Shown here: piece after piece, positions 23,874 through 38,041 of the stretch
Numbering within the stretch: the stretch's first letter is position 1
Layout: every line of letters starts with the position of its first letter
Source: Azolla caroliniana
Lineage: Eukaryota; Plantae; Polypodiophyta
DNA: 64,000 nt
Direction of reading: 5' to 3'
Assembly: GCA_043228905.1 (NCBI GenBank)
Contig: JBHGNT010000021.1
Location: forward strand, 12,090,001-12,154,000
Notes under the pieces: generated by a model
Databases searched by the model: none
What the model saw: the letters and a program-made list of their open reading frames with translations, nothing else
Told to the model about the DNA's origin: nothing
Program-made: the position numbers and the translations under genes

Positions 23874-26789
23874 TGTTGGGGACAAAGGCCGTCAATGCGG
23901 AAGATCAAATAGCATTCGATTCGTGTTGAGTACCTGCGTATGACAGTTTGCAAGATCGTGCACAGAGACAGAGACAGAGAGAGAGAGAGAGAGGCACAAA
24001 ATGACTTTCTATTCAATAGAAAAGAATAATACAACCCAACCTTACAAAAAGGTTACTAGGTCACTTTATATAGTGACGACTTAGGACAACTACCATTTAT
24101 GCTAATTACACAAATGGCCCAAACTTGAGCTATACAAAGGGATAGTGTGAATACGTCCATTATACACTTGTATTCGACACTCCCCCGTAATGGGCGTATA
24201 CATGGGTTATCTAAGATTACAGGTATAAACCTAGGTTCTCGGACATATCAGTTTTGTTCGAGTCGGCAGGGTCCGAAGGCAGAAGACCGGACTGGTCGGG
24301 TCGGAAGAGTTGAAGCCGATCATTAAGGAACTGATGTCGGTTGTCTGAAACCATCCTGCGCTGTGTCCGGCTCTAACCGGACTGGTTTGTCGTTACGCCC
24401 ATCTGATGCCGAAGGGACCGAAAGCGGTCTGCCGAAAGACACTTGGTCATTCCATCTGCGACATTGTCGGTTGTGGATATTTTCTCTAGACCGATTTTCC
24501 CTGAAATGACGCAGTCCCGAACGAAGTGATATCGAACGTCGATATGTTTGGAGGCGTTGTGGTGAACCGGATTTCTCGACAAGGCAACAGCACCTTGACT
24601 GTCGCTATAGACAACTGGGGCCGAGTCATGGTCGACTTGTCGGAACGTGTGCGCCAGCCGGCCGAGCCACAAAGCTTCTTTTGCAGCGTCGGACGCAGCT
24701 ACATATTCTGCTTCGGTCGTTGAGGTCGTTGTGCACTCCTGAAGTTTCGACTTCCACAAAATTGCTCCATTGCCGAATTTGAAGCAGTATCCAGTTGTTG
24801 ATTTCCGACTGTCTATGCAGCCGGCGAAGTCCGAGTCGGTGTAACCGACTACGCTTGAGGTTGAGTTCGGGCCGAAAAGAATGCCGTGGTCTTTTGTGCC
24901 AGCCAGATATTTGAACACATGCTTGACTGCGTTCCAATGCGATCGGCCAGGATTGTGCATAAATCTGCTAACGACTCCTACGGCATGAGAAATATCAGGC
25001 CGTGTCGCGACCATCAGGTACATAAGGGAGCCGACTGCCGGTGCATACGGTACCGACTTCATATCTTCCCCCTCCGGACCGGATGTCGGGCAGTCTCGCT
25101 GAGAGAGCCGAAGATTCATGGGGAGCGGGGTTGAAGCAGATTTGGCTGATTGCATGTTGAAGCGTTCCAAGACACGTCCGATATAGTCGGTCTGAGACAA
25201 AAAAAGATGTCGTTTATCGCGATGCCGACTAATCTTCATGCCAAGTATGTGTCGTGCCGGACCGAGGTCCTTCATGGCAAACTTCAACCGCAATTGCCGA
25301 ATGAGATCGGCAAGTTCGCCCGCGTGGCGTCCAGAAATTAGCATGTCGTCCACGTAAATGATGAGGAAGATGGGTGATCCATCTTGAGCTGTGTTGGTAA
25401 AAAGACAATGGTCCTCATCGCTTTTTGAGAAGCCGATCGATTGGATGAAGTCGTCGAACTTCTTGTACCATTGTCGCGGTGCCTGTTTGAGGCCGTATAG
25501 ACTCTTCCTGAGTCGGCAGACTAGATGTTCTTGGCTAGTTGCCACGAAGCCTTTTGGCTACTCCATATAAATTTCCTCGTCAAGATCACCATGGAGGAAG
25601 GTTGTTTTGACATCTAGCTGAATCAACTCCAAGTTGTCGGCTGCCACTACGTCGAGTAGAAAACGAAGGGTTGTCATTTTCACCACTGGTGAAAAAATCT
25701 CGTCGAAGTCGACGCCATATTCTTGTCGGAAGCCCTTCGCAACTAATCTGGCCTTGTACTTTGGGGTGGTCGAATCAGACGTCTCTTTTAGTCGATAAAC
25801 CCACTTGCAAGGAAGAGCACGTCGATTCTTAGGTAATTCGACCAGATCCCAAGTCTTGTTTGCCCGAATGGAGTGCATTTCCGACTCCATCGCCAGATGC
25901 CAGGTGGCTGAATCGACAGATGTCGATGCTTCTTCGTAAGACGTCGGTTCGCCGGTGTCGGTGAAGAAAATTCCAGGAGAATACCTCTCCGGAGGTTGCG
26001 ACAGTCTCTCGGATCGTCGAGGTATGATTGGACTGGTCGTATCGGGTATCGAGGTCGGATGGTCCGAAAGCGAATTATTCTGCTGTGCCGAGTCAGAGTT
26101 GTCCGAGTCGGTAGTGTAAGGTTCAGCTACCCGTGAAGCTGACCGTGTGTTAAGAGCAGGGCCTTCTTGAAGGGTCGGCACATCGGAAAATGTTACCCTT
26201 CGGACTTCGATCGGTTTTTCGACTGATGGATTCATAGCCGACTCGTTGAACACAACGTCCGAACTTCAAACGATTTGTCTGCGTTCGGGGTCCTAGAGTC
26301 GGTATCCCATTTCCCCGTCTGATCCATATCCAAGGAAAATACATTTCCTGGACCGAGGTGCAAGTTTTCGGCGATCATCTTTCGGAATAAGGGCGTACGC
26401 CTCGCATCCGAAGATCCTCAGCTTGTCGTAATTCGGCTTACTGCCGATCCATAGTTCCTGAGGAATTTGAAGTCCTAGAGGTCTGCTTGGCGACATATTG
26501 ATTATGTGTACTGCCGTGAGTAGAGCCTCTGCCCAGAAGCCATCCGACAGTCCGGAGTGTTGGAGCATGGAAACTATCCGTTCTTGGAGCAAAACGGGAT
26601 TGCAAAACGCATGAATCGGACAATCCAAGAACGGATAGTTTCCATGCTCCAACACTCCGGACTGTCGGATGGCTTCTGGGCAGAGGCTCTACTCACGGCA
26701 GTACACATAATCAATATGTCGCCAAGCAGACCTCTAGGACTTCAAATTCCTCAGGAACTATGGATCGGCAGTAAGCCGAATTACGACAA
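23874..26789 (-). mobile_element. Copia H1: 5'-truncated copy of the H family ending in a fold-back inversion, inserted in A2 gag
   Basis: 3' LTR 23874-24179 is near-identical to the H2 LTRs; RT/RH ORFs 24373-26253; inverted segment 26586-26789; host frame EQQEIPPTPP is restored on removal. Confidence 0.9.
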
Positions 26790-27605
26790 TACCACCGACA
26801 CCACCAGCCCGGGTACCGACATCGGACGACGACATGCCGTTCTAGTACTCCAAGTATAGGGATGATCCGGACGTGGAGGCCCATGTTCACGCGTTTCAAC
26901 AAACATGGGAGGCGAACCATGTGTCACAACGGTTAACCGCGGCAGAAGAGGAATGATCTAAGATAGCCGAATTCGGCGTGACATTGGAAGGACCGGCCAC
27001 CAAATGGCACTGGATGCACCATGCAGACACACTGCTTACTCTGCCAATCTATGAGCCACACGATGGACCGGTGTGAATATAACTTATTGAATCGGCAAGC
27101 ACCACCAGTCCGACAAATCGAGCCACATAGCAGCCGAGACGAAGAAGACGAACGCTGGCGGCAAGAGGAGCGATATCGACTGGCACAAGATGTCCGGTAC
27201 GACAATCGACGAGACAACTATGACCGGTACAAGAGATATGACAAGTACCGAGATTACAATGGACGGTACGAGCATCACAACCGGGATCACTCCCCTGGTT
27301 ATCACCAATGACAGGAAGATTATGGGAGGTATGATGACCAACCCTGGCAAGGGTACCGCAACAAAAAGAACTTTAATAAAAAACGACATTTAAAAAATGG
27401 GAGCCACCCACGTGAACCGGAAAAAGGCGCCTCAAGCAGCCAACCGGACCAGAGCCCCGCGGTTAGCACAGGCCCTCCACCATGTACAGGAAACAATGCC
27501 AAATCCAGCAATACCCAGAAAGCATATTGCTATTATTGCCGGCAAGAAGGACATTACAATAATCAATGTCCGGCAAAGAGCTATGATAAACGACTGGCAG
27601 TAAAC

Positions 27606-30600
27606 ATGGTAGTCGCCGAAGTCGCAGACCTACAGCAGGTCACCACAAGGTCGAAGGGCAAGACGACGGAATGGGAGACACAAGAGGCCATCCGGAAACA
27701 GGCAACAGAATGGGTGAAAAAGGCAAATGAGCGAAACGTAGCAGAACTTGTGCAACAAAAGGAGAACACCGAAGAGCTCGTCGACGGCAGTCAGTCTGAA
27801 AACGCAACATGGCAGGCATTGCAGGAATGCCAGATCATGCTGCCGTTAGGACGACTCTTGCAGCTAGTACCAAGATTCACAGAAGGACTCAAGTCCGGCA
27901 TGACGACAGGCGGAACACCATCGGCTCCGGCATTCTTCTCAAATCCGGAGGAGGGACTGACGGTGGTGGATACCAACAGTCCGACAATTACTGCCATTGT
28001 GAAAGGGAAAGAACTCCCCGGCACGATAATAGACGGAGGCTCCGGCGTTAATGTAATAAGCCTCCGGACGTGCGATGCTCTTGGAATCCATGAGTGGGAG
28101 CCATGTACGTTTTGGCTCCGGATGGCGGACACAAGCTTGGTGCGACCGACAGGATTAATACGGGACTTAGAAGTAACCATCGGGGGCCATACATTCCGAA
28201 TATCAGCCGTAGTTCTCCAGTTACAGGCTCAAGGAGCGTACCCATTATTGTTGGGACGCCCTTGGTTAAAGACGGCACACATCAAGCAGAACTGGAGGAG
28301 GAATATGATTACGTTCCGGCAGGGAAAAGCGAAGGTACGGGTACCAACACAACCAAGGAAGGGCACCGACAAGGATCTGACACCGTTATATGCGGAGTGC
28401 GTCAATATGCTGGAAGGATTAGCAGACGAAGAAGAAGATCAGTACTTGCAAGAGAACCCGAAGATTGTACCCCTACTCGAAATTGACGTCGCCAAAGTGG
28501 TATCACACTACTTACTACAACCGGACGGAACCGAAGCGGAACCAGATAAAGAAGCAATCCGGGAGTTACGGCTAGCGCAGGAGGCATTGGAAAGAGAAAT
28601 GGCCGTATCAAAGCGCGTAAAAGCGTCTCAATTAGAAGAGGTAAATCTAGGAACGGCGAAGGAGGCAAAACCGGTGCACGTCGCCAAAGAAATGAATGCA
28701 GAGAACAAAACGGCGATAATCACACTCCTCAACGAGTTTCACGACGTATTTGCCTGGTCGTACGAGGATATGAGAGGGCTGGATCCTCAGTTGTATCAGC
28801 ACCAGATACATCTGAGCAAAGACGCCAAGCTGGTAGCACAACGTCGGTACCGGATGAACCCAAACTACGCCGCCAAAGTCAAGGAGGAAATCGACAAATT
28901 GTTGAGGGTTGGCTTCATCCGTCCCGTAAAGAAAGCTACCTGGCTCAGCCCGATCGTAGTCGTACCGAAGAAGAACGACAAAATTAGAGTTTGTGTCGAC
29001 TATCGGAAGCTCAATGCGGCAACGGTATCAGATGCATTTCCACTTCTGTTTACGGATGGAGTTTTGGATGCTGTCGCCGGCCATGAAGTCTACAGTTTCT
29101 TAGACGGATTTAGCGGGTATAATCAGATCCGGATGCACCCTGATGATCAAGAGAAAATGGCTTTCGTCACCGAATGGGGAGTGTTTGTTGCTGTGGTGAT
29201 GATGTTCGGACTGAAAATGGCACCGACAACATTCCAACGGATCATCATGAAGATCTTTGGCGAATACATACCGGCTTTTATGCAGGTATTCCTTGACGAC
29301 TTCGCCGTCTATTGCCGAGAAGAAGATAATTTGCAGCACCTCAGACTATGTCTAGAGAAGTGTAGGGCGTACCGGCTAAGCCTGAATCCGACAAAGTGTG
29401 TATTTGGAGTGTCCAGCGGAACGCTCCTGGGGCATATTGTGAGCAAGGAAGGCATTGTCGTAGATCCGGACAAAGTGAAAGCAATCCTGGAAGCACTGGC
29501 ACTGGCAACGACAAAGGCATTGAGCCGTTTCTTAGGACAAATCCGCTAGCATAGCCGTATGCTCCGATATTTGGCGGACCTGGCTACACCTCTGCATGCG
29601 GCAGTACATTGAACACCATTCCAATGGACCAACATCGAAGACAAGGAGTACCGGGCACTAAAGGTGTTATTGTCACAAGCATCGGTAGTGTAGCCTCTGG
29701 ATTGGAGTAAAGAGTTTCATGTGTTCGTGGACGCCTCCGACATCGCAATCGGCAGCGCGCTCATGCAGCTTACGGAGCCAAGGTGGTACCGGCCAGTGTA
29801 CTATGTCAGCAGGAAGCTATCCCAAGCGGAATGAAATTATTCGACCACGGAGAGGGAAGCTTTAGGAATGATCTATAGTGTAACAAAATTTAGGCATTAT
29901 TTATTGGGAAGAAAGTTCTCCTTCCATGTAGATCATTCGACACTCCTCTACCTAGTATCCAAAGCGTCACTTACCGGTAAGTTGGCCCGATGGACTTTGT
30001 TGTTGCAAGAGTTCGAATTCGAGATATTCCACCGGCCCGACATACACCATGCGGTAGCAGATTATCTAAGCCGGTTAGATTCCGGGGAGATGGGTGACGG
30101 AGTACCGGATGAGTTTCCGGATGCAGAGCTTTTTCGAGTCACCACGGAAACGGCAACAGATGAAACAGTGGCACAAGAAGATAAGTGGCTAACTAATATG
30201 CACCAGTTTCTGAGTACCGGATTGCCTCCGGAGGAGATGAACCGGGATGAGAGGAAGCGTCTGGCGTTACAAAGCCGACACTTCTGTTTATTACAGGACA
30301 TGCTATACCACAAAGGTGCGGACGGTATCTGGAGACGAGCGGTGCGCAACGACGAGAAGGAGGTAATACTACGGGAGGCACACTGCGGAGTCGCCGAAGG
30401 TCATTATGCCGGGGATGCGACGGCAAGGAAGATATGGCAAAGTGGCCTATGGTGGCCGACTACATTGAAAGACGCAGTTCGGTACACGAAAGAGTGTGAT
30501 CTATGCCAGCGAATGGGCCAACCAATGGAACAAGCTAGGATGCCGCATCAACCAGTCCTACCACTAGAACCTTTCTAGAAATGGGGGCTGGATTTTGTCG

Positions 30601-31652
30601 GGCCATTTAAATCACTGGCAATGAGAACCGGTAACCGGTACGTGATCGTCGTGACGGATTACTGCACTAAGTGGGTGGAAGCGAAAGCCCTACGAGACAA
30701 CACCGCGGTGTCAATGGCGAAATTCTTATACAAATGCATTTGGTGCCGGTACAGATGCCCCATAGAGCTGATAAGCGACCAAGGAGGGCACTTTCTTGGA
30801 CAAGTGGTAGAAAGTTTGACGACGTTCTATGCGGTAGTACATAAACGGAGCACCCCGTACTACCCACAAGCCAACGGATTAGCAGAGTCAACGAACAAAA
30901 CGCTACAGAATATCCTGCGCAAGATCGTTAATGAAAATCAGACAAATTGGGACAGGAAGCTGCACAGTGCGCTCTGGGCTTACCGAACAACGTACAAAAC
31001 AAGCATCCGAACAACGTCGTTCCGGTTAGCATTCGGATTAGAGGCAGTCATGCCGGTCGAATTCCAGGTACCGAGCTTACGGATTCAGATTCGAGAACGA
31101 CTCAATGAAAAGGAATCGAAGGCAATTCGGTTAAAGGCTCTGTGTGAATTCGAAGAACACCGACTGGCGAGCATCATGCACCTAGAATTGGAACAACGGC
31201 GACGGAAAGCATTTGTAGATCGGCACCGGAAGGGAAACGAGAAAATGTTCGAAATCGGCAAGCCGGTACTAGTGTTCCAAACCTGGATGGGTAAAATGCT
31301 AGCCAAACTACGGTTTAGATGGACCGGACCGTACCGGATCACACGCGAGTTCAATGGATCCTACCAGTTAGGGACACTTGCTGGCGAGGTGCAGGGTAAA
31401 TGGGTCAACGGATTTAGACTAAAACCATACAAAGGACCTATGCCCAAGAACCCATTTGAACGAAGGGCCGCCACCGAATCAGACGCTAGAAGGCCAACCA
31501 CGACGGCAACCCGTGAGGAAAACGGCTACCACCAAGCCGGTAAGGGGGAGCACGAGCCGGCAATCGGGGAAAGCATAACGACGGCAAACTGTCAAGAGGC
31601 CGGCAAGGTGCGCGTTTCGGGTAAGGGTCCGACAGGACCGGAGAAAAATTAA
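27606..31652 (+). pseudogene. pol of A2 (protease, RT, RNase H, integrase) with internal stops
   Basis: IIDGGSGVN, CVDYRKLN, FLDDF, FVDASD, H-C zinc finger, WGLDFVG, PQANGLAES, GPY; no chromodomain. Confidence 0.93.
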
Positions 31653-32074
31653 CCACACAAATTGTCTAAAAATAAAAATAAAAAAAATAAAAAAATAAAA
31701 AAATCGAATGGAATCAAATAAATCATGGAAAGGAGTGGTGGAAACGGCCATGCAAACGAGGAGTAAAGAGGCACGTCGAACAAGTACGAGGGGCTATGAA
31801 TAGGACATTAAACCACCGCCACATGGCATGCAATGCTATTATAGTACACGACCTGCACATGCGGAGGCTCGAAAAAGGCGCCAAGATGCAGAGAGAAAAA
31901 CCCCCACGCATCGAGACCTTCTCCTATTGCGAACCAAGGAGAAGAAACGCAGACAAACGCGTGAAGATTAATCGCAGAGAGCTCGCACACGGAGAACCCC
32001 CTCCCTCAGAACTTTCTCTCTCACACTCTCCCCACCACCAAACCTCACCAACGCTCTCCGACCTCGACGCAGAG

Positions 32075-34960
32075 ATGGACTGCCAAACGCTGTCTGAAGC
32101 CGCCAAGAAATGGCTACGGCAACACGAACTAGAGGGTTTCTTAACGATCATGGAGGCGGCGCCACATAAGGAGGCCGAAAATATCATCAAAGAAATCAAC
32201 ACAGAAGTGATCACGGAGGAGGCGATCCGGGTTTCTTAACAATCATGGAGGCAGTGCCACACAAGGAGGCCGAAAAGATCATCAAAGAAATCGACACAGA
32301 AGTGATCACGGAGGAGGCGATCCGTGCATTAATAGGCCTTCCGGAGGGAGGCATCTACACGATCGACATTCCTACCTCCGAGCAACTCATCAAATATTTC
32401 GGTGAGTACTCTCTAGCCAACAAGGGCTACAGGACACAGGGCAACGAAGATATGGTATTCCACGAAATTGCCCATGTGCTCCATGAGTTCGACCACGTGT
32501 ACCCTCGACCCCCCGTCATGCCTCAGAATCGAGCAGGCTTGATCATCGCAACGTACGAAGGGGTCAAGGTAGATTGGCCGGTGCTGATCGCTGACGGGCT
32601 GTGTACGGCCATTGATATAGTAAGAGGAAAGGACGGCAAGGAAGGCCGGAAAATATGGCATGCGGTGACACAATGGCTCACCCTGTTGGCGCCACCAGTC
32701 GAGCCCGTCCAAACCAAGAAGCGGGGAAGAGCAACGGACGGCACCCCGAAACCTGCTTCGAAACGGCAACAACTGTTGGCCTCCAAGGCCACTAAGGGGA
32801 AGACGGCCGACGTAGAGAAGGCGGCAAAGGAGCGCGACAGCCAGAAGCGGCCGACGGATGCAAGTGAGAAGACACCGACACGGCCCATGAAGAGCCCACT
32901 CCACCGACCGGTGCAACAGGAAACGGACACCCTGGTGGCAAGAATGAATGCCAGGACTCAGGCAGAAGAAATGGAGGAAGAACCCACAGAGCACCTCCAG
33001 CAGCGGTCGGTGAAGAGCACCGCTGAATCAGTTGGGAACTCCCGCAACTCACGCTGAGCATCCCACGCCAAGGGAGGTACCGGAACCGGTTCGGAGGGAA
33101 CCGGTCACAAAAGTCCCTGCACAACAGGCAGCACTAGCAAGCCCCATAACTCAAGAGCCGGATATACAAAGGCCAACCTTCCCAGCCGGCCAAGAACAAC
33201 CAGACAAGGGGCGACTAGCCGAAACACACTCAGAGCCGGAATGGCAAAGTGGTTAGCTGGCAGAACCAGAAGCACAGCTTGATGCAGTAAGGCGGGACCA
33301 GCCACCAGCGAGTGAACCCATCAGCCAACTCTCCGTGCAAGCGCAACAACAGTGCATCGGCAACCAATGGCTCCGGTGGATAGGAGAACAAATTGCCGGA
33401 GTAGTCGGATGCATAGAGGCGGAGGAAAGAGCGCAAACGGAACGGTTGCTCGTCACAACCGATGAATTGGAGACAGCCCGGTCAAGGATCCGGTGCCTCG
33501 AACAAGACTTGGATCGGATCACAGGAGATATGGCCAAAATGGCCTTAACCGCAACGTAGATCCAAGCACCGGTGACTCTGGTTAATGTACAAAGGAATAA
33601 GACCCCGGAGACACAAACTGTCCCGGAGAAAGATGCGGCGCAAGCCCAAGAGCTTGCGGAATTACGAGATGAGCTCGCCGCACAAGAAGCATTATGGAGC
33701 CACGAACGCGACTTGAAAACGGCCGCCGAAGAAGAATTAAAAAGGATTGCTGAGAACCTTTGTCGGGAAGAGGAAAACCTGCGTAAAGGACATCATGCTT
33801 ACGACCGGCTGAAGGAGGAAAAAGAGAAATTGCTGCAGGAAAAAGACAAGCTACGACGGACGGCGGAGATGGAAATCGAGAGGCTGAAGGAAGAGCTCCG
33901 TCAATAGAAGGACCGGGAGGACCGCGCACGCCGGCAGATTAACCAGAGGCTGCAGCAGAAGACCGATGATTTCGATCATCTCCATCGGGACTACAAGCAG
34001 CTAGAGACGGAGTATAAGCAGTAGCAGGAACGGATGGCCGAGCTTCGGCAAGAAGTTGATAGGGCCACAACGGCACTCGCCGAAGAACGAGCAGAAAGTT
34101 CCAGGCTATTGGAAGAAGCGGCGAATGACCGGATGGAGCTCCACAAACAGAACCATGAAGACAAGGAAAGAGCGACAATGGTATTACAGAGGTTGCAAAC
34201 AACCTATCAAAATCAATTGTCACATTATAGGGAGCAAGAGGCGGACACAGTTCGGATCATCAAGCAATTGAAGGAAGAGCGACAAGCTGCAGAAAATAAA
34301 TCACAGATGAGAGCCGAACGGATCCAGTGCATCCTCTGGTCATGGCTCACTAAGACCAAAAGCTTGATTGACGACAGCTCTGTGTGTTGGTGGGCGAAAT
34401 GGGCGCAGAATACGGCGGAACTCCAATTGCTTAGGGCGGACGTGGAAAACCGGCGAAAGGAGGGCGACGATTGTTATACGCTGACCTTGAGAGGACTTCA
34501 CCACCATAAGGGATGAGTTGGCCGAACATTTCACAGCCCTGGCGGATGAACAACTGGTACAGGTCTGGCAGCTCGTAGCTCAACTGGATGACAATCGGCT
34601 AGAGGCTCAAATCCAGTTCGAGAGCTATGAGCGGTCCCGACTGCGGGAAGAAAAAGCGAGAAAAGCGGCAACGGTCAACCTTAGTGATGAGGAACCGTCA
34701 CCGGTGCAAGGAGCAGACGGGGACCAGGCTGGGGTCAATCAGCCACAGAAAACTCCGACGGAGGAACCAACGAAGGAAACGCCGGTGCCAGAGCAACAAA
34801 CGGAGCCGCAACCCCAAACGGAGAAGGTACAAACGGAGCAGCAGCCACAACCACAAATGGAATAGCAGCAGCAGCCACAACAACAACAACAACAGATTCC
34901 CGACGAGCGATTGGAAATTTTGGAGCAAAGCATTCTGGACATTTTGGACAAAGTGTAAAA
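32075..34960 (+). pseudogene. Additional post-pol sense ORF of A2 with long coiled coil, unknown function
   Basis: ORF fragments 32245-33057, 33572-33907, 34034-34516 and 34518-34865; N-terminus is conserved with element A; 95-bp tandem duplication at 32134-32323. Confidence 0.75.
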
Positions 34961-35810
34961 GGGCCGGATAATGGGTTTGACGTACAAGGTACTGTCCCAC
35001 GGGCGTGCCCTGTGTTACCAACTGGCAAGAAGGCTTAAGGAGGTCCAAATCAGAGTGTGAAAAGGAATAGTTTATTCGGGAACTGTTGTAATTAGTAATA
35101 TTAATATAGATATTAATATATGAGAAGATGTTGACGGACGATGTCGTGAAGAAAACTGGCCATAGGCGGAATCGAAGAAGAAAGCGTATGAACCGACTCT
35201 TACACGGATGGACGCGTGACTTGATGTTTTGTACCCGATTCATAAAGGGATCGGTGGGTGAAAAATACTAGGAGGCACACATTAAAAGGGGGATTGTGTG
35301 TATCCCTGTCAGGGGGACAGGGAATAAAAGGGAGAAGGACAAGAGAAAACGTATCGCGTGTTGGAAAAGGGGAAGCGCTGCTGCAGAACGGGGGCCGAGC
35401 TCTCTTTGCTACTCGAATCGTCGCTCTCTGAGGGTGTTGGAAGGTCGCTGCCTCTGCTTCGTGGATAGCCCGTGTGCTTCCAGCAAAGTCGCTCCCTTTC
35501 CCCTTTTGTTTCTTGGAGCCGTGTGACTGTCGTCGGTGTGCGTGAGTAGGGCCCCGTGTCGGGTCCGTCGCCGCCTTGTCGGTTGTAACTGTCGGGGATT
35601 GTAATCTCTTGTCATTATAATTAAGTGTTATGATTCTATCTCTCTCTTCCTCGCTTCTACGTGTCGGTGAATCTCTGTCTCTGTCTCTCTCTCTTTCGCT
35701 CCTTGGTCCAAGACCCCCGTGGTACCGCCCCTTTTTTTTTACACGTACACGCGTAACAACGCGACATCTTTGGTGAACCCGACGTGAAAGGGCGGCAAAG
35801 GAGTCGAAAG

Positions 35811-37941
35811 ATGAGGGGATCGGAGCTAGCAGAGGCAATGGCGGTGGCCGTCGACCGGTTGGTGAGTGCTCGTGAGGGAACAGGTACCCTCGACAGGGCC
35901 ATTGAATCAATCGTCGGCTCTATAGGCCATTTCGGAGGGAAAGACGCCACAAGTTATTTGGAGGCTTACCGGGCCAAAATGATCATGAGGGATATCCCGG
36001 TGGACAGGCGGCTGTCCGGATTCCCTCGGGTGGTGACGCCGGGCATCCATGCGGAGGTGCTCGAGATGCTGGCCGGATGCCAGACTTGGGAGGAGTTCGA
36101 GCTACAGCTGCTCGAGAAGTACGGGTTTGACGACTCGCTCCAGCTATCGAGGCGGGACTTCATGGCGTAGGTGGAAAGCCCCGGAAAAGGGAGGAACACG
36201 TCGGTGCTCCTCCAAGAGTTCGAAAAACGGTTCGCGCGGCTGTCGACGCTGGACCGGACGGTGCTCGAAACAAGTCGAGTATTGCTGTTTGTCAAGTCGT
36301 TGGATGCGCTCGATAGGGAAAAGGTGGGTCCCCTATTGGAAACGGACGAAGGGGTCACGACGGACTGGGCCGTGGTAAAACGGGTCTGCAGCCGTTTTGA
36401 CAAACGACGCAATTGGAGCGACGGAAGCACGTCGGGGTCGGGGCCGGTCCCGGGGAGGAGGCTCGAGGAGCTGGTTTCGGTGCCGGCAGGGAGGAAGGAA
36501 GAGACCCGAATCTGGCCGGAGTTGGGGTCGGCATCGAACGACGTGGTCAGAGGCCCATCCGGAGGAGCAGCTCTAGAGGAGCTAACACAGATGGTGTGTG
36601 ACCTGTAGATCGCGCATGCCCGAAGAGACAGCGGCGAACAACCTCGCGACCGGAGGTCGCCGACTGGGCAGCGGTCCATGTGGTGTGACACGATCGGTCA
36701 CATTCGGAAGGATTGCGCGGAATTCGTCGACGCGCTCAAGACCAACGGTGTACCTCTGGAACGGGCGGGTGCACGCGAGCGAGACCCGGAGAGCCCTAGA
36801 ACTGAATACGGGGCGCGACGGAATGAAGAGATTGATGGAAGAGGCCGCGGCACAGCACGTCGAAGCCGTTAACTACTCAGTGTCGGCGGGAATTCGGGCT
36901 GGTGGTGATGAGACCTGGAAGGTGAAGGACTCCGGATTCTAGCCGCTAGTGCTAGAAGGCCTCTCCGGATTTCGGCTGAGGAAGGAAGAGATGGACCGCG
37001 CAGAACAACAGGTCCAGGAGGTCACTGGTTGGGATGACCCGGTCGAAGAGAAAACGGGCCTCGTAGAAGCCGCTTGCCAGAACTACGAGGTTTTGGTGGA
37101 GGACAAACGGGCAGGAAAGACCGGAGGGATTGGGCCCCCGAGGTATGAGACCCGGTTCGGACCGAAACCGATCGGTGCCGGCAACCCAGGCGTGTCGGAT
37201 GGGAAGAAGCAGGCGGGGTTTCGGTTGAGCACCGAAATCGAGAGAGCAACGGACCTACGGAAGGTCCTTGAAGAGCGAATCCTTGACAGTAAAGTGGAGT
37301 TGTCGTTGCAGGAGGTGCTGGGAATCGCCAAGAGGGAGTTCCACGACTCTATCGTACACTTGGTGAAGCGGAAGAGGCTCTCGACGGAGCCGAAACCGGA
37401 GAAGCCGGTGGAAGTGCGGACCACGCACCTGGAAGATGGAGCCCTGGAAGACGAGCTGGCGGGAAGCCACTACACGAAGCCGCATTGGGCCAGGGCGATT
37501 ACGGAAACCCCTGTACGGATCGACAACGTTCTGGAACAAGTGGTGGCGTTGGTAGACCATGGATCCGAAATCAACTTGATGTGCATGGATTTCTTCAAGA
37601 AGGGTAAATGGCCGATCAACACCAAGCATGGTTGGAAGATACGAGCAGCGACGTGCGCCACAGAAGAACTACATGGGGCCTGTCCGAACGTACGGGTGAA
37701 AATCGGCGATGTCGAGATCGACCAACATTTCTTCGTGCAGGAGACGTCCTCATATCCGGTTATACTAGGAGAGCCATATATCACGGCAGCACGGATGGAG
37801 ACCAAGGTGCTGGACAACGGTTCAGCCTATGCGAGAGTCAAGAGCCAGGACGGGCGTCACTCGATCCAGCTCGTAACGGTGCGACCAAACCACGAGCGTA
37901 ACCGCGAGGCCCTCGGCAGCGAAACCCGATGGGATTTTTAG
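35811..37941 (+). pseudogene. gag-protease of D
   Basis: GHFGGKDATSYL gag, WCDTIGHIRKDC knuckle, ALVDHGSEINLM protease; ends at G GAT TTT TAG. Confidence 0.85.
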
Positions 37942-38041
37942 AGAGGGCTATCAAGGCATGGGGCCGCGATAGTCCGGACACCCGGGAACAACCCCACAAA
38001 TGTACAATACGGAAGAAGACTCGTACCATGGGTAGGAAGTT

